DNA of 61,999 nt, counting the filler, from Gonapodya sp. JEL0774 (lineage: Eukaryota), in the NCBI GenBank assembly GCA_027604505.1. It is 8 parts of 8 records of this genome, joined end to end, with 100 filler letters (N's around TTAATTAATTAA, not from the genome) between each part and the next. Parts side by side here need not be neighbours in the genome. Positions count along the whole stretch, not along the records: positions 54,410 to 61,999 come from JADIIX010000493.1; 7 more parts are not named here. One strand, given 5' to 3'. The notes under the pieces were generated by a model, which made no database searches, was not told the DNA's origin, and was given only the letters and a program-made list of their open reading frames with translations. Made by a program: the position numbers and the translations under genes. Each line of letters begins with the position of its first letter. Position 1 is the stretch's first letter. This document shows positions 60,601-61,999 of the stretch, piece by piece.

Positions 60601-60714
60601 AAAAAGTTCTGGGATCGTGAAACAGGGAAACTTGATTTGTATGACTTTTTGGGAGATGATGATTTAAGTGATGAAGAAGAGAATAATGAAGGGACTATAC
60701 TAGACAGTAAATGA
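54601..60714 (+). CDS. Intact gag-pol polyprotein, 2037 aa
   Basis: CCHC knuckle CLGCGTVGHSIKNC; protease PDSGSEIN; RT FDMYSGYDQ and FVDD; RNase H TDAS; HHCC finger; integrase YVD/MDN/NGPVE; WLGPY motif; no chromodomain seen. Confidence 0.96.
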   Translation: MSVTSIGRLDHDTKDVTMWFKLFEHKFKERDGRNDGFPEELLPGLLVNHCDPALHDDILVMQSYRDGNWKQFIKDIQAFLRKEKEDKTVTELTKDFEKGLKSDQKSLGVKRWFRKAREAAELLVERKYETTYSMVRRINDHLSEIHLQKLRRLIELSSTPIDVKNINFDEWEKLVLEACGEGEKREEPLTTKERDALAKNENVKDDISIGELEEKFRELRIHEARYGLTREMRERMKSIQDWINEKRGTLPKQTGGAQIVATPEGGSKKETPRVPSKCLGCGTVGHSIKNCFSMKNLASRGSIRIGDDGLIYYPDGSRVQFSRSMMETEGKTMVQIIEERARTEQGNAVANPAVIEYDGTDDYIYPKTTQRAIPVWPVNLDDSYDPYENEIYDDHQFIFGESEDEEAYEMTFSSNPAETRGGKTRRDEGRYKPHARPNTPVDSITQNGPPQNGVKDKKSDLTPQAKKGVQFNPQDQMIVDNPDGKGKGVERPPPQFKGISAGRDQGQVNRAPDTEKERNLQLADRFAAEFLETKATLPIKDLIKVGPYVASAMIKALREAGGNRFIGGYSKPKLTDDTIPVVSAVWQSPDDDDVKESPLFGTIVYLTARVQGKPAVLMPDSGSEINICGENHVKEYGLTMETEVSKTWRVRGIGGTDDVVGLAMGIIELNGCKVKAAFHVIGQRADFLLGRPWIRFLQYQSVDTEGDYVEISHIDPAKPERGRIKSFIKYELIEEYRNKIRRGEAALGLAIRKENLPNDTSAEKPEVRKVEVRRMEFDVGYTRVWEAILNPPSLTSDFASLKGFQDMKFLGRGEMEINLKKLDFQKDKPQETNVEPAEVEEECEEFEETQGSLTVNEDLAHPSIEKRFSGRDVKKRYAKLAKIIAECVDGVVAKAYGLPLNGRTIPVTNPVTIKTQKLVRPFLNEECKPYFDTLSMGYSLKEVQRMKAQSREREKATLKKSQANKYSRFVEDLNESEAKRRVETLPTNTAHKRVKDKVKPVNKDLADPHWPKLPPDQTKYVEDLNRPKRSILRVLNDEQVNQIYQSIGTEGVIWEVERIYLLGIILEYPNAIAFDDSQMGRLREDIYPAFRWFSIDHQPWNYPSRKMNVMMREVAVKLLRKKQTAGLLEMASSPYNNQWFMIRKKENNPSKPIETLWRMIINLIPANKVMIRDAGRPPSVWEYTERYGGSVINSCFDMYSGYDQFPLDVSCRNQTAFQTPLGQLRYTAVPQGGATAVGGYQTRMSHVLRDTEADPFVDDCGLPGPKSWYNHMLSIVPGVRQTIYEHGQEMRKYFEAIQWANLTASGHKMKVAKPGLVMTGIICDAEGRRPETKKLSKMTNWPTPKTNSDVRGILGLMNFYRLFVRNYSLMLRPIHPLMSGPKGERITWTEDHEHALKEVMQKILSAPSLKTADLSDGAPPMIVSTDASNLGWGATLEQDDEKGYRHPCLFESGVWNKPQTKYATVTQELLAVVKTFKKWVRYLMKRFILQMDSKTLVQIINKGPDDLPNAQMSRWIAYLLLFDFDVKHVDGNKNPADALSRRGVNVGDSESSHQDVDEFVDEKLFKAGATSLIEEELIELKENRYEGRDLEIARFLVSLKRPETMKEEGIFRRFRKNAAKFYVGSDGLLYRRPKIETQLPRLVLSRLTDKQEAIHRIHDALGHRGWQATLSNLQQTFWWPTMEKDVRLHNKTCDACQRWEGIRYTEKPHPTWVRALWERIYVDVVHFGTGYNGYTCALMVREGLSSWPEGKMFRDKLNAKQIQDFLYEEIFCRYGGVLEVVMDNASEMTAAVQPDLTGRFDLTKINISAHHSQSNGPVERGHRPIISALAKMCNGSPRDWPKYFHTALWADRITVKKSTGYTPYYLLFGTECSIPSKLTLESFFGIAWSEVKTEEELLAARIMQLSLKDDHLVDAAKTLKTKRQEYASKKKFNPRPASLKIQEGDLVLRYNMKFVKTWTGKLHQKWLGPYRVERILRNGTMYLSELSGEPLRGTYPPDQVKKFWDRETGKLDLYDFLGDDDLSDEEENNEGTILDSK

Positions 60715-60942
60715 TTGGTAAAAATTGTAATCGAAAGACTGGGATGAGAAGAGAAACAGCAAAAAGAACAGATTAAGAATTGGGTATGCAAAAAGCCAGA
60801 GAGANNNNNNNNNNGAGATAATAAAAAAAAAAAAAAAAAAAAAACACAGAGAGAGAGAGGCAAAGAGTTTAAAGAAACGTAATAACACTGAAAATGATTG
60901 TGGGAAGGGCTGAAGTTGGGGCCACCTATGCCCAGGGGATAC

Positions 60943-61771
60943 TGTAACCACAGCTTCCACCCCTATACACTCCCAAAACCTACACCACCATTCCTATCCC
61001 ACCTCCTACTCCATCACTCCTACACCACCATTCCTATCCTACCTCCTACCCATCACTCCTACACCACCATTCCTACCCTACCTCCTACCCACCACTCTTA
61101 CACCACCATTCCTGCCCTACCTCCTAACCACCACTCCTACACCACCATTCATATCCTACCTCCTAACTACACCACACCTACTCCACCACTCATATCCCAC
61201 CTCCTATTCCATCAATTACACTCACGCCACAATTGTTCCACCACCAAAACCTCCATTTCCTCATTTGCTGGAAGATTTCTTGGGATGTACTTTGTAAAGA
61301 GATGTATTCAGACTGAAGTTGGGACCACTGATGCCCCAGGGGATCCCTATATATTGTTTAGGCAAAACATAAGACCAAAAGATTAAGACCTAAAAGACCA
61401 AAGAACAAAACAGAATCAAAAGACAAACACAACAAAAAACATTATCAAGATAAGGCTAAATGCTAAAAGGGAAGATTGATAGAGAAAAGAGTAAAGACCA
61501 GAAGCTCAAAACAATAAGAAAAAGTCGTAAGAAAAACAAAAAGATGAAACTGTATTAGAGACTGACATCTGGAGCTGGGGAAATTATCTGAAGATATAAG
61601 CAAATGATGAAGTAACTGGTATGGGCTCAGCTGAAGGTAAAAGGCGCATCAAGTAAGCCTCATCAAGTAAGCCTCATCAAATAAGCCTCTTCAAGTAAGC
61701 CTCTTCAAACAAGCCTCATCAAGATGTCAACTTAAGAAAGAACAACACCATCATTCATTAACTTGGTTACA
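60943..61771 (+). repeat. Probable 3' LTR (829 bp) containing ~39-bp (60979-61220) and 14-bp (61647-61722) tandem repeats
   Basis: 8-bp terminal inverted repeat TGTAACCA...TGGTTACA, preceded by G-rich GGGGATAC; TATA-like CTATATA near 61347. Confidence 0.75.
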
Positions 61772-61999
61772 CCCCATCAAATACGCCTCCTCAACATGAT
61801 TACTTCCACTTCACTCTTATCACCTACTCCCCCCTTCAACCAGTATGGCGTTAACTTACTCAAGCCAACAACCTCTGTACTCACCACTTTGGTGAGGACA
61901 CCAAAGCCAGGAGGGGAGTAGTTTGTAGTGGGGAAATTGGGGAATGCAATGGTACCGACTAATGAAGAAGGGTACATACACACTAAGGACATTAGTGAT

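Larger units (their letters stand above)
54410..61771 (+). mobile_element. Ty3/gypsy LTR retrotransposon; 5' LTR lies outside the contig
   Basis: Domain order gag-PR-RT-RH-IN in one ORF, followed by a 3' LTR. Confidence 0.95.

Overview
This is eukaryotic, intron-rich DNA, most consistent with an early-diverging (chytrid-like) fungus; the taxon is an inference from gene content and intron style. The window is not one locus. It consists of eight contigs of descending size (7862 to 7590 bp) joined by artificial 100-bp N44-TTAATTAATTAA-N44 linkers, so gene neighbourhoods only mean something within a segment. Seg1: one spliced gene built as pseudokinase-Sel1 array-kinase-Sel1 array, with two lesions. 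Seg2: Pro-rich secreted S1 serine protease, F-box protein, and the 5' part of an SDR. Seg3: two-TM HAMP receptor-like gene, copia remnant, and a defective hAT transposon. Seg4: PIF/Harbinger element inserted in a satellite, and a GH3 beta-glucosidase. Seg5: secreted Cys-rich repeat protein, GST-kappa/DsbA-like protein, and partial mitochondrial aconitase. Seg6: tandem NmrA-like genes, nucleoside hydrolase, RING/TRAF protein, and partial RPL42. Seg7: ankyrin protein, Gly/Ala-helix membrane protein, solo LTR, copia remnant, and an intronless HNH-like gene. Seg8: Ty3/gypsy element with an intact gag-pol ORF and its 3' LTR. The best candidates for new biology are the tandem kinase-Sel1 receptor-like gene, the orphan HNH-like and pore-former-like genes, the HAMP receptor lacking an output domain, and frequent AAG splice acceptors. 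No tRNA, rRNA or CRISPR array was recognised. All exon models were derived by eye.
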